Counted from the stretch's first letter, positions 13,598 through 29,681 are shown. The stretch: 64,000 nucleotides of DNA from Octopus vulgaris (GCA_951406725.2 OX597826.1:27466001-27530000); one strand, 5' to 3'. The notes: generated from the sequence alone by a model not told the origin. Translations and numbers: made by a program.

Positions 13598-14841
13598 AGG
13601 GCGTTTTGGGCTAAGTTTAATAACTTTTGTCGCCATTATTTCAGGAACAACTTGATATATTGGCGAACAGCCCGTGGCGTTAGAGAGCATAAACCATAAA
13701 TTCACAGTTCAGAAAAAGCCCGTTGACGGGATCCCATTTGAATATTGGAAAGGAGTTACCTGTATTACTATGGTTCGCGCTGGCTATCAAAATAACAGAT
13801 AAATTACTCACAAATCGCATCACACCGATAGAATAGGTAACTGTTAAGCACTGGGGTCGTTGTAATCTATTTACGCCCACCACTACGCTGAGATTGTTGG
13901 CCTGGTGTCAAAATTTGAAATCATTATTCTTATCAGCCTTCCGTGATGAGCTGGCAGAATCGTCAGCGCTCGGTGAAAATGCTTAACGTTATTTCGCCAG
14001 TCTACGTTCTGAGTTCAAATACCACTGAAGTCGGCTTCTTTTCAATACCCTGTGAACACTGTAAAAGCTGTAAAATGTGATATCGACAGCTGCAACTAGA
14101 CTACGAAGTTGTGGTCAGCAGAAAGGATAACACTTGACATTCAGACGGTATTTACCTGCCGTAATTCATCTTATACCTACAGGAAGAGGACCTTAGGCTC
14201 AACGCAGACGACCACATGAAGCTGTTGGAGAAGTGCATAAACCATGGCTGGAGAGGAATACTGCCGGAAAGCCATATGTGAGGCAGCAGAATTCGGCACT
14301 TTGCCGTGGAAAGAGTCAGAAGTCGATGTCGGAGAATATCTACTTCACCAACCTCAATGTCTGCCCAGTTGTTTTGTTAAGAAAGACAGTGGGTAATTTA
14401 GATCCTTCAAAGTACAGAAATGGTCAGTCTTCATCACTTTATCACTTTATTATCTCGAAACGATTAATTGCATTCTTCATTCTGTTTTGAACTTTCTTAT
14501 TATAATCTGGCTATGAAGATAGAATTGTAATTTATAGTAAACCTGATGCGGGGTTGAGAAAGAAATCAATCGCTGTGCCTAAAACAGCAAGGCCAAGCTG
14601 ATGGCTATGATCAATGAAGCGCTTGAAGATCTTCGCTGGACCACAGGGAGGCGCGAATGCGCCGGATTCTTGTACCGTCTTGCGGCCGTGGTGGCTGCTG
14701 AGCGCAACGGCTTTGAGTTAACTCTTACTCCCCAGTCAAAATATCGTTCATATTTTTTGATTTCTTAAAACCCTTATATTTTTGAACAGGATATTGTGTT
14801 TACTTTTTCTCCTTTTATGCAAATTTAGCCAGCACAATCTG
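13598..14841 (+). mobile_element. Decayed maT/DD37D-like Tc1/mariner element, interrupted by insertions
   Basis: Degenerate TIR-like ends (tacagggcgttttgggctaagttt / aaatttagccagcacaatctgta). Relic peptide KPWLERNTAGKPYVRQQNSALC..GKSQKSMSEN and C-terminal CAGFLYRLAAVVAAE. Confidence 0.6.
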
Positions 14842-14850
14842 TATGTACGC

Positions 14851-14881
<31 letters not shown>

Positions 14882-14951
14882 TGTATGTATGTATGTATGT
14901 ATGTATGTACGTACGTACGTGATATGCATATATGTATATATATGCTGCATA

Positions 14952-15283
14952 GACCCCCTTCGATCATGACTGACCATGGGATTGCACTTAGAATGTTACC
15001 TTCTTAGGCACAAGTCCGGGTAACGTGGTTTATGGAAGTCCAGCAGTCGCCCATGCATACCGGCCTCCCCTCTCCACGCCACCAGTGTTATCCAAGGGAA
15101 AGGCAGAGGCCGATGCAGCTTGGCATCTGTGACGTCGCAACTCATTTCTACAGCCGAGTGAACTGGAGTAACGTGAAATAAATTGTCTTGCTCAAGAATA
15201 CAACACGCAGACCGGTCCGGGATTCGAACTCTAAATCTCACGATCGTAAGCTCGACGCTCCGACCACTGAGTCATGCACCTTC
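14952..15283 (-). mobile_element. SINE family D (head and centre shared with family C, different tail)
   Basis: tggctcagtggt-like head and ttgagcaagaca motif. Tail ...gcaatcccatggtcagtcatga..gaagggggtc. Confidence 0.75.
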
Positions 15284-15293
15284 ACGTATATGT

Positions 15294-15362
<69 letters not shown>

Positions 15363-16251
15363 GTGAGATAGATAGATAGATAGATAGAAAATGTAATGAA
15401 CGGCATTGTTTCGGCCCATTTTAACACTCGTAATATTATGGTGTTGTGAAATCATTAGCATTCATCCATTGTGTAAAATGCGCCTCCTCAGGTGATTCTT
15501 TAAATAATTCCGTCGTAAGATCTGCTGTCGGTTCACTCACTGTGTGAGGGCGTACCCGACGCAGTCTGTTATTTACAGCAATTTAAAAACAAAACGAATC
15601 CATAGATATAGTGAAAGACAAAATACAATTATAATCGAAATAAAATAATACAGAAATACAAAAATAGGAAAAAGATTTTGCACAAAGGGTGAGGTTTACT
15701 ATAAATTACAGATCTATCTTCATGGTCGGATTATAAAGAAGAAAGTTCAAAACAGAATGAAGAATGCCATTAATCGTTTAGAGATAATAAAGTGATAAAG
15801 TGATGAAGACTGACCATTTCTGTACTTATCAACTGTTTATTTGAAGAATCTAAATTACCCACTGTCTTTCCCAACAAAACAACTGGCTCCATTTACAAGC
15901 AAATCAGCCTCTATTTAAAGTTAATTAATTGCCGTCTAGCTTTTATATCCTGTTTTGAAAAATAAGTTAGTGGGGATATTTATCTCCCTCTGGCATTGCA
16001 TATAGTTTTGTACAGATACGCACACATATATCTATTTATATACGCATACATATACACTTCTTACATATATTCTATTTTTACTGTTTATTCCAATGTTGAA
16101 AGTTTAACCGACATACTAAAGTTTAACCGATATACAAAACAGTGTGTTTAGTTTTGTATATACACACACATACTTCTATTATATATACACATACATACTT
16201 CTATTATATATGCACATGCATATACTACTTACATAATTTTTTAATATTACA

Positions 16252-16557
16252 ACTGGCACTTCACCGGTTACGCCGATGAGCGTTCCAGCTCATCCGATCA
16301 ACGGAACAGCCTACTCTTTAAATTAACGTGCAACTGGCTCAACACGACACGCGTACCATTACCGTAATTCTCAGGGAGATTCAGCATGAAACAATGTGAT
16401 AGGGCTGGCCCCTTTGAACTACAGGTAAAGCTCAATGGACTGGGGCAAAGTGAAATAAAGTATCTTGGTCAAAAGACACAACGCGCTGCCGGAAATTGAA
16501 CTCATGATCTTAAGAGCTTAAGCCGAATACTGTACTCTAAACATTAAGCCACGTGCG
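16252..16557 (-). mobile_element. SINE family C
   Basis: Homologous to 36855-37172. Confidence 0.8.
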
Positions 16558-16624
16558 AGTATAATAGATTGCAATGAATATATATATATATGTATATATA
16601 TACACGAAGTCATATATATATATA

Positions 16625-16825
16625 TGACTTCGTGTGTACCGTTGGCGATTTTTTTCCTCTGTCTTCCCTTCTCTGGATCTTTCCTTCTCCTATGTTTCCG
16701 ACGAAGGGCTCCGCTCGAAACGTTAAACCCTCCTTCCTTTTTTTCCTGAGCGTCCACTAATACTATATTTGTTCCACGTCCTCACGTTGTTGTGTCTTTT
16801 TGTGTTTTCTTGTTTGGATTAACTT
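16625..16825 (+). mobile_element. Short interspersed hammerhead-bearing element (Penelope pLTR-like)
   Basis: Homologous to 54815-55040 on the minus strand. (TA)n on both sides. Palindrome at 16602-16635 at its 5' end. Confidence 0.65.
16694..16728 (+). ncRNA. Minimal type-I hammerhead-like motif (CCGACGA core, palindromic ACGU in place of helix III)
   Basis: gttt-CCGACGA-a-gggc/tcc/gctc-GAAACGTT-aaac, inside a ~200-bp element that recurs at 54815-55040. Confidence 0.6.
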
Positions 16826-16884
<59 letters not shown>

Positions 16885-16887
<3 letters not shown>

Positions 16888-18504
16888 TTGCGACCAAATT
16901 TTCAGAACGGCATTGTTTTCGTCAGAAAAGTAGATATAATTTTTTATCAAAGTTGTTTTATATTCTATAATTTTCACAGACAATAAATACAATAGTATTT
17001 GTTATTGTCCGAGATTTTGGTGTAATTTACGAGGATAATACAAAAGTTATGGATGATTTAGTGATATACTGCAAAACCCATGGCGGCCAAAATGATCAGA
17101 ATGGTTGCTTTTACTCCGTGTTTTAGTATATTTAACCGGCGAACTCTAATGTTTTGAATTTGTTTACGTGACGGTTCGTTAACTAAACATTAGTAAGAAT
17201 ATTTGCAGTGTACTTTGTTAATATAATGCCACTTACTCAGTTACCAATTCGTCAGCAGATTATTAAGCTTCGAAGGAAGGATAATTTAAGTATTGGATCT
17301 ATTGCAAAGATTGTTAAACAAGTCAAAAAGTGTTGTACACAGTATTCTTAAGGTCTACGATGATTGTGTTTCGTGTGAAGCAAGAAAGTTTACAGGTAGG
17401 CCAAGAAAAACGACCAAGAGAGAAGATCGTGCTATGGTAAAGTTGGTTAAAAAGGACAGATTTAAAACTGCTACTGCTGCTGTTTCTCGGATAATGAGCA
17501 TTGTATTGAAGAAAACTTTATCTCGAAAAACTGTGTCTCGTCGTTTAGTTGAACATGACCTACGAACAAGAGCACCTGCAGTGAAGCCACTGATCAGCTC
17601 CAAGAATAAAAAGTTTCGTCTCACCTTTGCAACCGAACATGTGTTGTGGTCTCAAACGGTGCATTTCAGTGATGAATCTAAGTTTATGTTATTTGGCTCA
17701 GATGGGAAAAGGTACGTTCGTAGAAAAGTAGGTGAAAAATTGTCACCTAAATGCCTTAAGACTAGTGTTAAATTCGGTGGAGGAAGTGTCATGGTTTGGG
17801 GGATGATATCTGGAGATGGTGTGGGCCCTTTGCTGCGATTACATGGAAAGGTAAATGCAGGAGTTTATAAACAACTTGTAAAAGAACATGTATTGCCTGT
17901 GCTGAGAAATTCAACTAAGCGACCACACATATTCATGCAGGACAATGCCCCATGTCACAAGGCTCAGGTGGTCGTGAACTTCCTCAAGGCTGAAAAGGTT
18001 ATTGTTATGGATTGGCTTGCTCAAAGCCCAGATCTCAATCCTATTGAAAATGTGTGGAATATTCTAGGAGAACGTTCGAAAGCCAGAAATCCTAAAACAA
18101 CTGAGCAATTATGGAATGCCCTTCAGGAAGAATGGAATAAGATCACCCAGCAAGAAATCGAAAATTTAATTTCCTCATGCAGTCGAAGATGTCAGAGTGT
18201 GATTGAAGCTAAAGGGCTTCACACTAAATATTGAATAATTCCAGTATTCTCTGTCACTTTTGATTATTCTGTTATTTTTTCAACCGTTCTGATCATTTTG
18301 GCCGCCATGGGTTTTGCAGGAAATCACTATATCATCCATACGTTTTGTATTATCCTCTCAAATTACACCAAAATCTCAGACAATACCAATCAATATTGTA
18401 TTTATTGTCTGTGAAAATTATAGAATATAAAACAACTTTGATAAAAACTTATACTTACTTTTCTGACGCAAACAATGCCGTTCTGAACATTTTGGCCGCA
18501 ACAG
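16885..18504 (+). mobile_element. Tc1-family DNA transposon, IR/DR type, near full length (1620 bp)
   Basis: About 223-bp terminal inverted repeats (16885-17107 and 18281-18504, roughly 90% identical by eye). Each has an outer and an inner direct repeat (cagttgcgaccaaattttcagaacgg / catggcggccaaaatgatcagaatgg). TA on both sides within (TA)n. Encloses a transposase ORF. Confidence 0.96.
17226..18234 (+). pseudogene. Tc1 DD34E transposase with one +1 frameshift near the N-terminus (about 335 aa if corrected)
   Basis: ATG at 17226 reads MPLTQLPIRQQIIKLRRKDNLSIGSIAKIV and joins ORF 17293-18234 (NKSKSVVHSILK...) if one A is removed from gttAAAcaag (17316-17318). Motifs: GRPRK, FSDESKF, SVMVWG, FMQDNAPCH, SPDLNPIENVW. 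34 residues lie between the second D and the E. Confidence 0.93.
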
Positions 18505-18550
18505 TATATATATATATAATAATAATAATCATAATAATAATAATAATAAT

Positions 18551-18608
<58 letters not shown>

Positions 18609-18722
18609 GGGAATATGATTCCAAACTTACAGGGAAATACTAAATCAAATTTCACAATATATAATATATGTATATAAATTAGAGAAGGAACACCATGTAG
18701 CAATTCAACAATGATATACTTA

Positions 18723-18785
<63 letters not shown>

Positions 18786-18791
<6 letters not shown>

Positions 18792-18930
18792 TATATAGAA
18801 GGAGCTTCTACAGGACTAGTACTGTTTCATTCAAGAGAAATCTTCAGGAAGCAGGAATCTTCAGCTTCCTGAAGATTTCTCTTGAATGAAACAGTACTAG
18901 TCCTGTAGAAGCTCCTTCTATATAATAAAT
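18786..18930. repeat. Perfect 67-bp inverted repeat with 11-nt loop (fold-back end of a hammerhead element running to ~18999)
   Basis: 18786-18852 is the exact reverse complement of 18864-18930. Bracketed by (TA)n tracts. Confidence 0.95.
18863..18913 (+). ncRNA. Type-I hammerhead ribozyme-like motif (CUGAAGA core); mirror copy on minus strand at 18803-18852
   Basis: Stem I agcttc/gaagct, CTGAAGA, weak stem II ttc-tctt-gaa, GAAA, stem III cag-tactagtc-ctg, GUA site at 18905-18907. Confidence 0.7.
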
Positions 18931-18996
18931 TAATTTTACTCTGCTATGTATTGAGTACCTTACTTACTGTGGTTAACCCCGAATCAACCCGGGACC

Positions 18997-19053
<57 letters not shown>

Positions 19054-19094
19054 ATATGTATGTATTTATGTATGTTTGTATATGTATGTATGTA

Positions 19095-19390
19095 TGGCAC
19101 CTTTGTGGGTGTCTTCTACTATAATCTCGGGTCGACCAAAGTCTTATGAGTGGTTTTTGTACACGGAAACCGAAAGAAGCGTGTCGTATGTGTGTGTGTG
19201 TGTTTCTCACCTCACCATCGCTTGACAGCCGATGGTGGTGTGTTCACGTTCACGTTACGCTAGCGGTTCGGCAAAAAGAGATACAATAGAATAAGTACTA
19301 GGCTTACAAAGAATTATGGGCTGGGGGTGATTTGTTCGAATAAAGGCTGTGCTCCAGCATGGCCGTAGTTCAATGACTGAAACAAAGAGA
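19095..19390 (+). mobile_element. SINE family A, 5'-truncated
   Basis: Homology to the other family A copies. Confidence 0.8.
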
Positions 19391-20991
19391 AGAACAAATC
19401 AATAAAAGAACATACAAACATTTAAAACTACACATCCGGTGTTTTTTCCCCTTGGTTTACGGTGTAATATTTGTTTTGGTTTTCAGAATAGTACAATACG
19501 GAAAAGAATCTTGTAATAGATTAGACTCTAGACTTGCAGTTATATAAAGCGACCCCACAACGGTAGTAAAAAGAAAAAGTAAGTTATAGTAATCACTGCG
19601 GAGATGGTAAAGAACAAAGAGTTATGTGTTGAAAAGATGGAATTGAAGAACGAAAACAATCCGTGCAGTCTATCTAATCTTAGATATATATACGAGGTGT
19701 ATTCCTGAAGTTTTGTGACTTATGGGGGAGAGGCAGTTTTATTGGATCATCACAAAAATAATACGATTTTTTATACTTCTTTTTTTTTCAAAATTAAGAT
19801 AAAGTTCTTTTTTAATCTAAAATATACCCTCCCTCATTTTCTACAATGCCCTTCTATCTATCTGGTGGACTTCGAAGACCCCTCTTTCAAAATTCACTTG
19901 TCCGTGGTGAAAAATACTCCGCCTGTATTGTTCTGACCTCGTCTGCAGAATTCATATTTTTTCCGTCCAAATGATCTCCTTTGTTATCATTTGGTTTGGA
20001 TTTAAAAGTTCAAAGGGGATTGAACCATTCATATCGCACCAAACAGATAACAAAACCTACAGAGGGTGAATACCTTCTTTAGCCTGGGGTGCCGGTCCTT
20101 TTCCTTTCTCTATCCACTGTTTTGGTACTTGACATTTTTATTGAGAACCCATTTCTAGTCACTAATCACTATTCGGTCTGAAAAAGGTTCATTCGTGAGA
20201 CATGACTTCTTCGGCGTTACCCATTTTTGTCTTGTCTTGCAGCCCCAAGGCTTTACGTTGTATAGTATTATCATTATTAAAGGTTGTCTTCGTGTAGCCC
20301 TAAGCCTTTATTCTGTTTATTGTTTTATTCCCCGTCCTCTACTAACGGTTTCGTTTCGAGCCCGTTTCATTTTCGTATGTTTTGGTTTCATTCCTGGCAA
20401 GTTTCCTGTCGGTGCTTCCATAGTGGAAGCAATATTATCAATAATGGCTGAAACTGCATTTGACCCTCTGGCTGATAAGCGATGCAGAATTGGTGACCTT
20501 CTGTGTTATCTGTCCCTCTGTGTATCTAGTATATGGTAGTTTGTTTATTTACCATACGTTTTTATTATATATACAGGTAGGTCATATTTTCCGTTTGTTG
20601 TCTTCTTATTTAATCCTGAATGTATCATTTATGTGACGTACGCACTCCTTAATTTTTTACCCATTTGTAGAAATATTCTTGGAATATTTTTTGTGCCACT
20701 CTATCTATTTCCTCTACATTGCTTCTCTTAATTTTCCCTCTCTTTGTCTTTCTCTGTTAACCTCCTCCCACTATAACGCGACCCGCAATGACCTAAGGCG
20801 GTGCCATTCTTTTTGGCATTCCCTTCTACTCTACTGGACACGATTTTCTGAGCTCCTCGCTCTGCCCCTCCCGTGTATAGTCCTTTCGGACAGTTTTCAC
20901 TTCTCTTTCGCGTTACCCATTTTTGTCTTGTCTTATCTGTCCGTCCTTGTATCTAGTATATGTTAGTTTGTTTATTTACTATACGTTTAAT

Positions 20992-21046
<55 letters not shown>

Positions 21047-21196
21047 TAGGTCATATTTTCCGTTTGTCGTCTTTATTATTTAATCCTGAATATATATATA
21101 TTTATTTATTTAGAGGTAATTAGGATAAAATCATTATTTAATGATTTATCAGTGATCAGCATACCAAAAATACCACAATGGTTAATTCATATTAAA

Positions 21197-21366
21197 ATTA
21201 TAATAAGGGTGTTGAATGTTTACAACAACTTGTCTGCTAGAAATAGACCCCAAAATGGTCTATGAAACACTTGTATAGTGGAATAATAATCTAAGTGGTT
21301 CACAGACCATTTGGGGTCTATTACTAGCAGACTGGTGTTGTAAGCATTCAACACCCTTATTATAAT
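21197..21366. repeat. Imperfect inverted repeat, ~75-bp arms, 20-nt spacer
   Basis: attataataagggtgttgaatg...aaacactt versus aagtggtt...cattcaacacccttattataat. Confidence 0.85.
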
Positions 21367-21554
21367 CTATATACACACACACACAAGCACACACACACAC
21401 AAGCACACACACACACAAGCACACACACACACATATAAATATACACAAATACATTGATATTCATAAAGGTATCCGTTGATTTTACGCAAATGTATACGAG
21501 TAACGTTATAATATTTTGAAGAATATGTTTACCTAGTTATGCTTGTATATATAC

Positions 21555-21959
21555 TCTTTTACTCTTTTAGTTGTTTCAGTCATTTGACTGCGGCCATGCT
21601 GGAGCACCACCTTTAGTCGAGCAAATCGACCCCGGGACTTATTCTTTGTAAGCCCAGTACTTATTCTATCGGTCCCTTTTGCCGAACCGCTAAGTGACGG
21701 GGACGTAAACACACCAGCATCGGTTGTCAAGCAATGCTAGGGGGACAAACACATACACACAAACACATACACACAAACACACACACATACATATATACAC
21801 ATACATATACATATATACGACAGGCTTCTTTCAGTTTCCGTCTATCAAATCCACTCACAAGGCATTGGTCGGCCCGGGGCTATAGCAGAAGACACTTGCC
21901 CAAGATGCCACGCATATGGTTGGTTAGCAAGCTATTTACCACACAGCCACTCCTGCGCT
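21555..21959 (-). mobile_element. SINE family A
   Basis: Well-conserved copy with a small deletion in the head. Confidence 0.88.
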
Positions 21960-22308
21960 TATATGTTGAAGTTAGATTCTAAAGATACATAAGCATTCAT
22001 TAAATACAAAGATCTGCGTAAGACATACATTTCTGTATTTTTGTGTGTTTATTTCCGAATAAAAGTATAGAGATATGTATTCATTAAATAAATCACCCTT
22101 AGGTAGCGTGAATGTGTACGTACCTATGTATGCATCGGGTGTCGAGTAAAGATGTGTATATACGTGTAACTCAGGCGAGTATATGCGAAGAACGATTTGG
22201 TTATGTGTATGCATCTGAGTATTCTCTCGCTTACACTGCGACATGCATTCACATCCTCACGCACATACAAACAAATGCACATGCATATATGATATATGTG
22301 TTTGTGAC

Positions 22309-22389
<81 letters not shown>

Positions 22390-22464
22390 ATGTGTGGAAG
22401 CGAGATAAATCGATACATAGAGAAATAAGTAGATAGATAGATAAATAAATAGATAGATAGATAA

Positions 22465-22561
<97 letters not shown>

Positions 22562-23649
22562 CTCAGGAACGAGGAGAAAAACAGATGGAAAAACGCAGTG
22601 ACAAACTCATATTTAAGTGTGTATGTATATGTCTGAATGTTTGTATGCAATCTATGCATATGTGTATATGTGTATGCATGAATGTATATACGTATGTATG
22701 AAAGAAAGTTTATACGTTTTATAGCTTTAACATGCTTATATATTTATATGAAAGCATGTGAATATGTATGTGTAACTATGAATGTATGCTTGTATGAGTA
22801 TTTATGTGTGTATATATGTACGTATATATGTGCGTATGTATGGATGTGCGCCCGAATGAATGCTAGAGCTAAACCACTGCACATAAATATAGATGGCGTG
22901 CAGCAAGCACATTATGGACGACATTTTCAGCTGTCAGGAATTATCACGTGATCAACAAGCCGTCTATCTTTTCGCCAGCCGAGAATGAACCCTTTATCCG
23001 TAGTGAGCAACGCCAAAAATCTGCATCACTCCTCCTTCTTAGAAACCGCCACCACCTCCACCACCACGACCATCGCCGCCAGCATCATCACCACCACCAC
23101 CAACACAATCACTATCTCCATTACCACCAGCACCACTGCCACCACCACCACCACCTTCACCACAACCACCAACACCACCATCATCGTATCTTTTCAGTAG
23201 AATGTGACGTCGTTATGTGTCCATTTATCATTCTCCTCCGAAAATACCAATGTGCGCTGCTCCGTTAATGTGGCTGTTAATTTTATGGAGTCGTCACCAC
23301 GAAAGAGCTCTGATGTGGTGTAGTGTCGTGCTAGATAAAGTAGCTAAATATAGCTCAAATGACATCCAACCAAAAGCCGGTGAAGATGAGTAAGATAGAT
23401 TAAATGCTACTCGTTGTAAATAATTCAAATTCATGATGCTAACGGCTAGAATACATTTGATGATAGGTCTACCGGACGAGGGGCTAAAATCAACGTTCTC
23501 ATCATCAACAACAGCAGCAACGGATTTATTTAAAATTTAAAATCTCGTTTATCCCGTGTAAATCAGGTAATTTTTAAATGGCTGATCTGCTAGATATAAC
23601 ACCTAAATTTCCCTCCAATTCAGTTAATATCTGTTTGTCTCTGTATCTA

Positions 23650-23700
<51 letters not shown>

Positions 23701-24666
23701 AGGTAGGCCTTTAAGAGGGAATGTACGCCCTTGGAATGTTGGCTTCTTGGAGAACTCCACCTCGTCTGTCTCTATTACGAGGGAGAATGTATAAGTTGTC
23801 AAGTGCTTCAGTTATCGCGGCAACGTGATAACCAGCAATTGCGGTAATTAAAAAATGCTAAAATGATTTAGACGAACTGATGAAGCTGTGGACTAATTGT
23901 TCAAGGGTGTTTGGCTGTGGAGATATCTGTGAGGAAGGACAAAGGTTCGACTCTTTAGGTTTCTGCTTTATAGTTGTGATAGGCTCTTAGGTGTCACTTG
24001 TACTGTTTTGGTGCCAGGACGCTTTGCAGGATACTGTGTTACAATTGGAAAGATACTCCTGACAAAAAATAGGCTGAAAAGAGTGAGTGAGAGAATGGAT
24101 CTTTGGTGATACTCCGTTCAATACAATTTTAGGTTGTAAAAATGTTTTCCTGATATAGTAAGTAGTTTACTAAATGGAATAATAGAGAGTCAAACAGTGA
24201 GGAGTGAGATTAATGTTGAAAGAGCCGAAACCTCATTAAGGCCCCAGAAACATTGCTGATGATTCATCGTGGATCATTTGTATAATGTGTATTGGAACAA
24301 TATATATAAACATATACATAAATACACACACACATATATACAAAGTGAAAGAAAGAGGGAGAGTGAGAGAGAGAGATGGATAGCCAGATACAGAGAAAAT
24401 CAGATATTAACTGAATTTGTCTGGAGTGATTAAAATGGGATGTTCTAAAATTAGACACACAAAGAGAAAATAAGGCAAAATCAGTCCGGTCAGCACTGTG
24501 GAATTGGCAGATTGTGAGAATAATTCCGAAATAGAAATGGTAGAGAAAAAAAACGAAGAATGATTTAGGGAGATAACATTGAGACAGTCAGAAAGACAGT
24601 TAGAGACAGATAGATAGACAAATAAATAGATGGACAGATAGACAGACAGACAGACAGACAGACAGG

Positions 24667-24750
<84 letters not shown>

Positions 24751-24905
24751 GAAAGAAAGAAAGGTGACTACAGAAATAATTGAGAGAAGAATCGTAAGAT
24801 ATGATAATAGAACGAACGAGAACAAGAGTTATATATAAATGTATGCATGCAAACACACACTTACACACACACATATACATATATATATATATGAATATAC
24901 ATGCA

Positions 24906-25020
<115 letters not shown>

Positions 25021-25394
25021 TTATATACATTTATATATATATGTGTATATATATATGTATATATGTTTATGTCAGAGGCAGAGAGATAGAAAAATGATAG
25101 GTAGATAGATAGATAGATAGATAAAAATAGAGAGGGAGATGGAGAAGAGGAAACGTGCGAAAATCGGAGGAAAATAAAAGAGTAAAGAGTTAGGAAAAGA
25201 AGAAGCGAAAGGGAGAGAAGGAAGAGAAGACAAAGAGTGTGGAGTTTTGAGAGGGAGAACAACTGAAAACATTGCCGCCATGATGGATTATAGCAGGACA
25301 TGATCTTCAAATTAATTTTCCCAAAAGTGAAAAAAGTGTTGTGAAATCAACAATAACTACAACAAAAAGATAAACAACAAGAATATCAACACGA

Positions 25395-28300
<2,906 letters not shown>

Positions 28301-29624
28301 TAACAGCAATGACGAAACGCTTATCGACAAAGACGATATTAATGCGGATCATGAGGATGAGTTTGAGGAGCAGAAGATATTACTTAGAGAAAGGGAGGAG
28401 GAGAAGAGGCGAAAAAGAAGAGGACGAAATGGGAGGAGGAAGAGGAGGATGGAATCTAAGGAGAAAATATATTATTTCACGGCAAATGATAAGACTAATA
28501 CCAATTTCACTCTTCAGAATATGTGTGTGTGTCTGTGTGTCTACATACATCAGTATCTTCATATTGTTGTCTTTGCCGCCATATTTCATTTCTCACTCTA
28601 CTTCGCTCACTTCCTTTACTTTTTTCTATTTCCGGTTTGATGCCTTTACAATGAGGATTTTGATGACCATAAAGTTCGTGATGATAATGAAGATGGCGAA
28701 GACGACTTCGATGTCGAGGACAAAAATAACTATTATGTCGATGACGATGGGGGAGGTGGCGTCGAGGATGACAACGATGATGCTGGTGATGATGAGAAGG
28801 AGAGGGGTCAGCTAGGGCCAATATAGTTATGACTATATTGCCATAATACTCGCAGACAGAATACGAGAAATTAAATGTGACCGAGAAAAACCAACTAAAC
28901 ACTAACGGCTATATGAACAGTATTCGGCCAGATGGATCAACAGTTATGTATCTAATAAAGCGACTATATTGGAAGCATAGTTTGTAAATTTTCCCACGAA
29001 ATACTTCTGCCAAAGATTCTAGAAGCTTTGCCTAAATGTCATAAAAGTTGGGATATTGAACTCTCAAACAGAACAACCTATAACAAGTACTATAGAGAAC
29101 TCTGTAAGCGATATTTTCATAATGTGCTCTCACTTTTTCTACTAATTTACTGTCATAACCATGGGCAATTTTCATAGAAATAAATAAAATGTTTTATAGA
29201 ATGAAGACTACTGGTTACTTTCACGATCTCTTGGATTCTGCTTTATTTATTTTTTTTAAAAAGAGGGAACATGTACATATGTAAAGATAAATGTTCTGAG
29301 TAATAAAAAAATCTAAAAGTATGAAAATATTAGTTTGGATATATTCTCCATATGCAACATACGGAACATTGTGTAGTAAGTACTAAAGATGATTTAATAG
29401 CCAGACCCACTATATTTAGAATGGTTCCAATTCTGAGCCTTAGAAAAGCTAGAAGACGTTCTCTAAGGCAGATTATAAATTCGTCGTCCACTGTGCAGTC
29501 ACTGGAAATCATGATGCATACATATTTGAATTAGAATGGTGTGGTTACTTATAGCTGTTCTACATAAACACACAACTGTTCACAGTCGATGCAAAAGCAT
29601 ATCTATACGCGTATATTGTATAGG

Positions 29625-29681
<57 letters not shown>

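Noticed and set aside
19691-19980. tacgaggtgtattc...aagttttg mariner-like TIR
   Set aside because: No matching second TIR or clear transposase peptide found.
23760-24260. Possible minus-strand LINE ORF1 relic
   Set aside because: No motif could be read with confidence.
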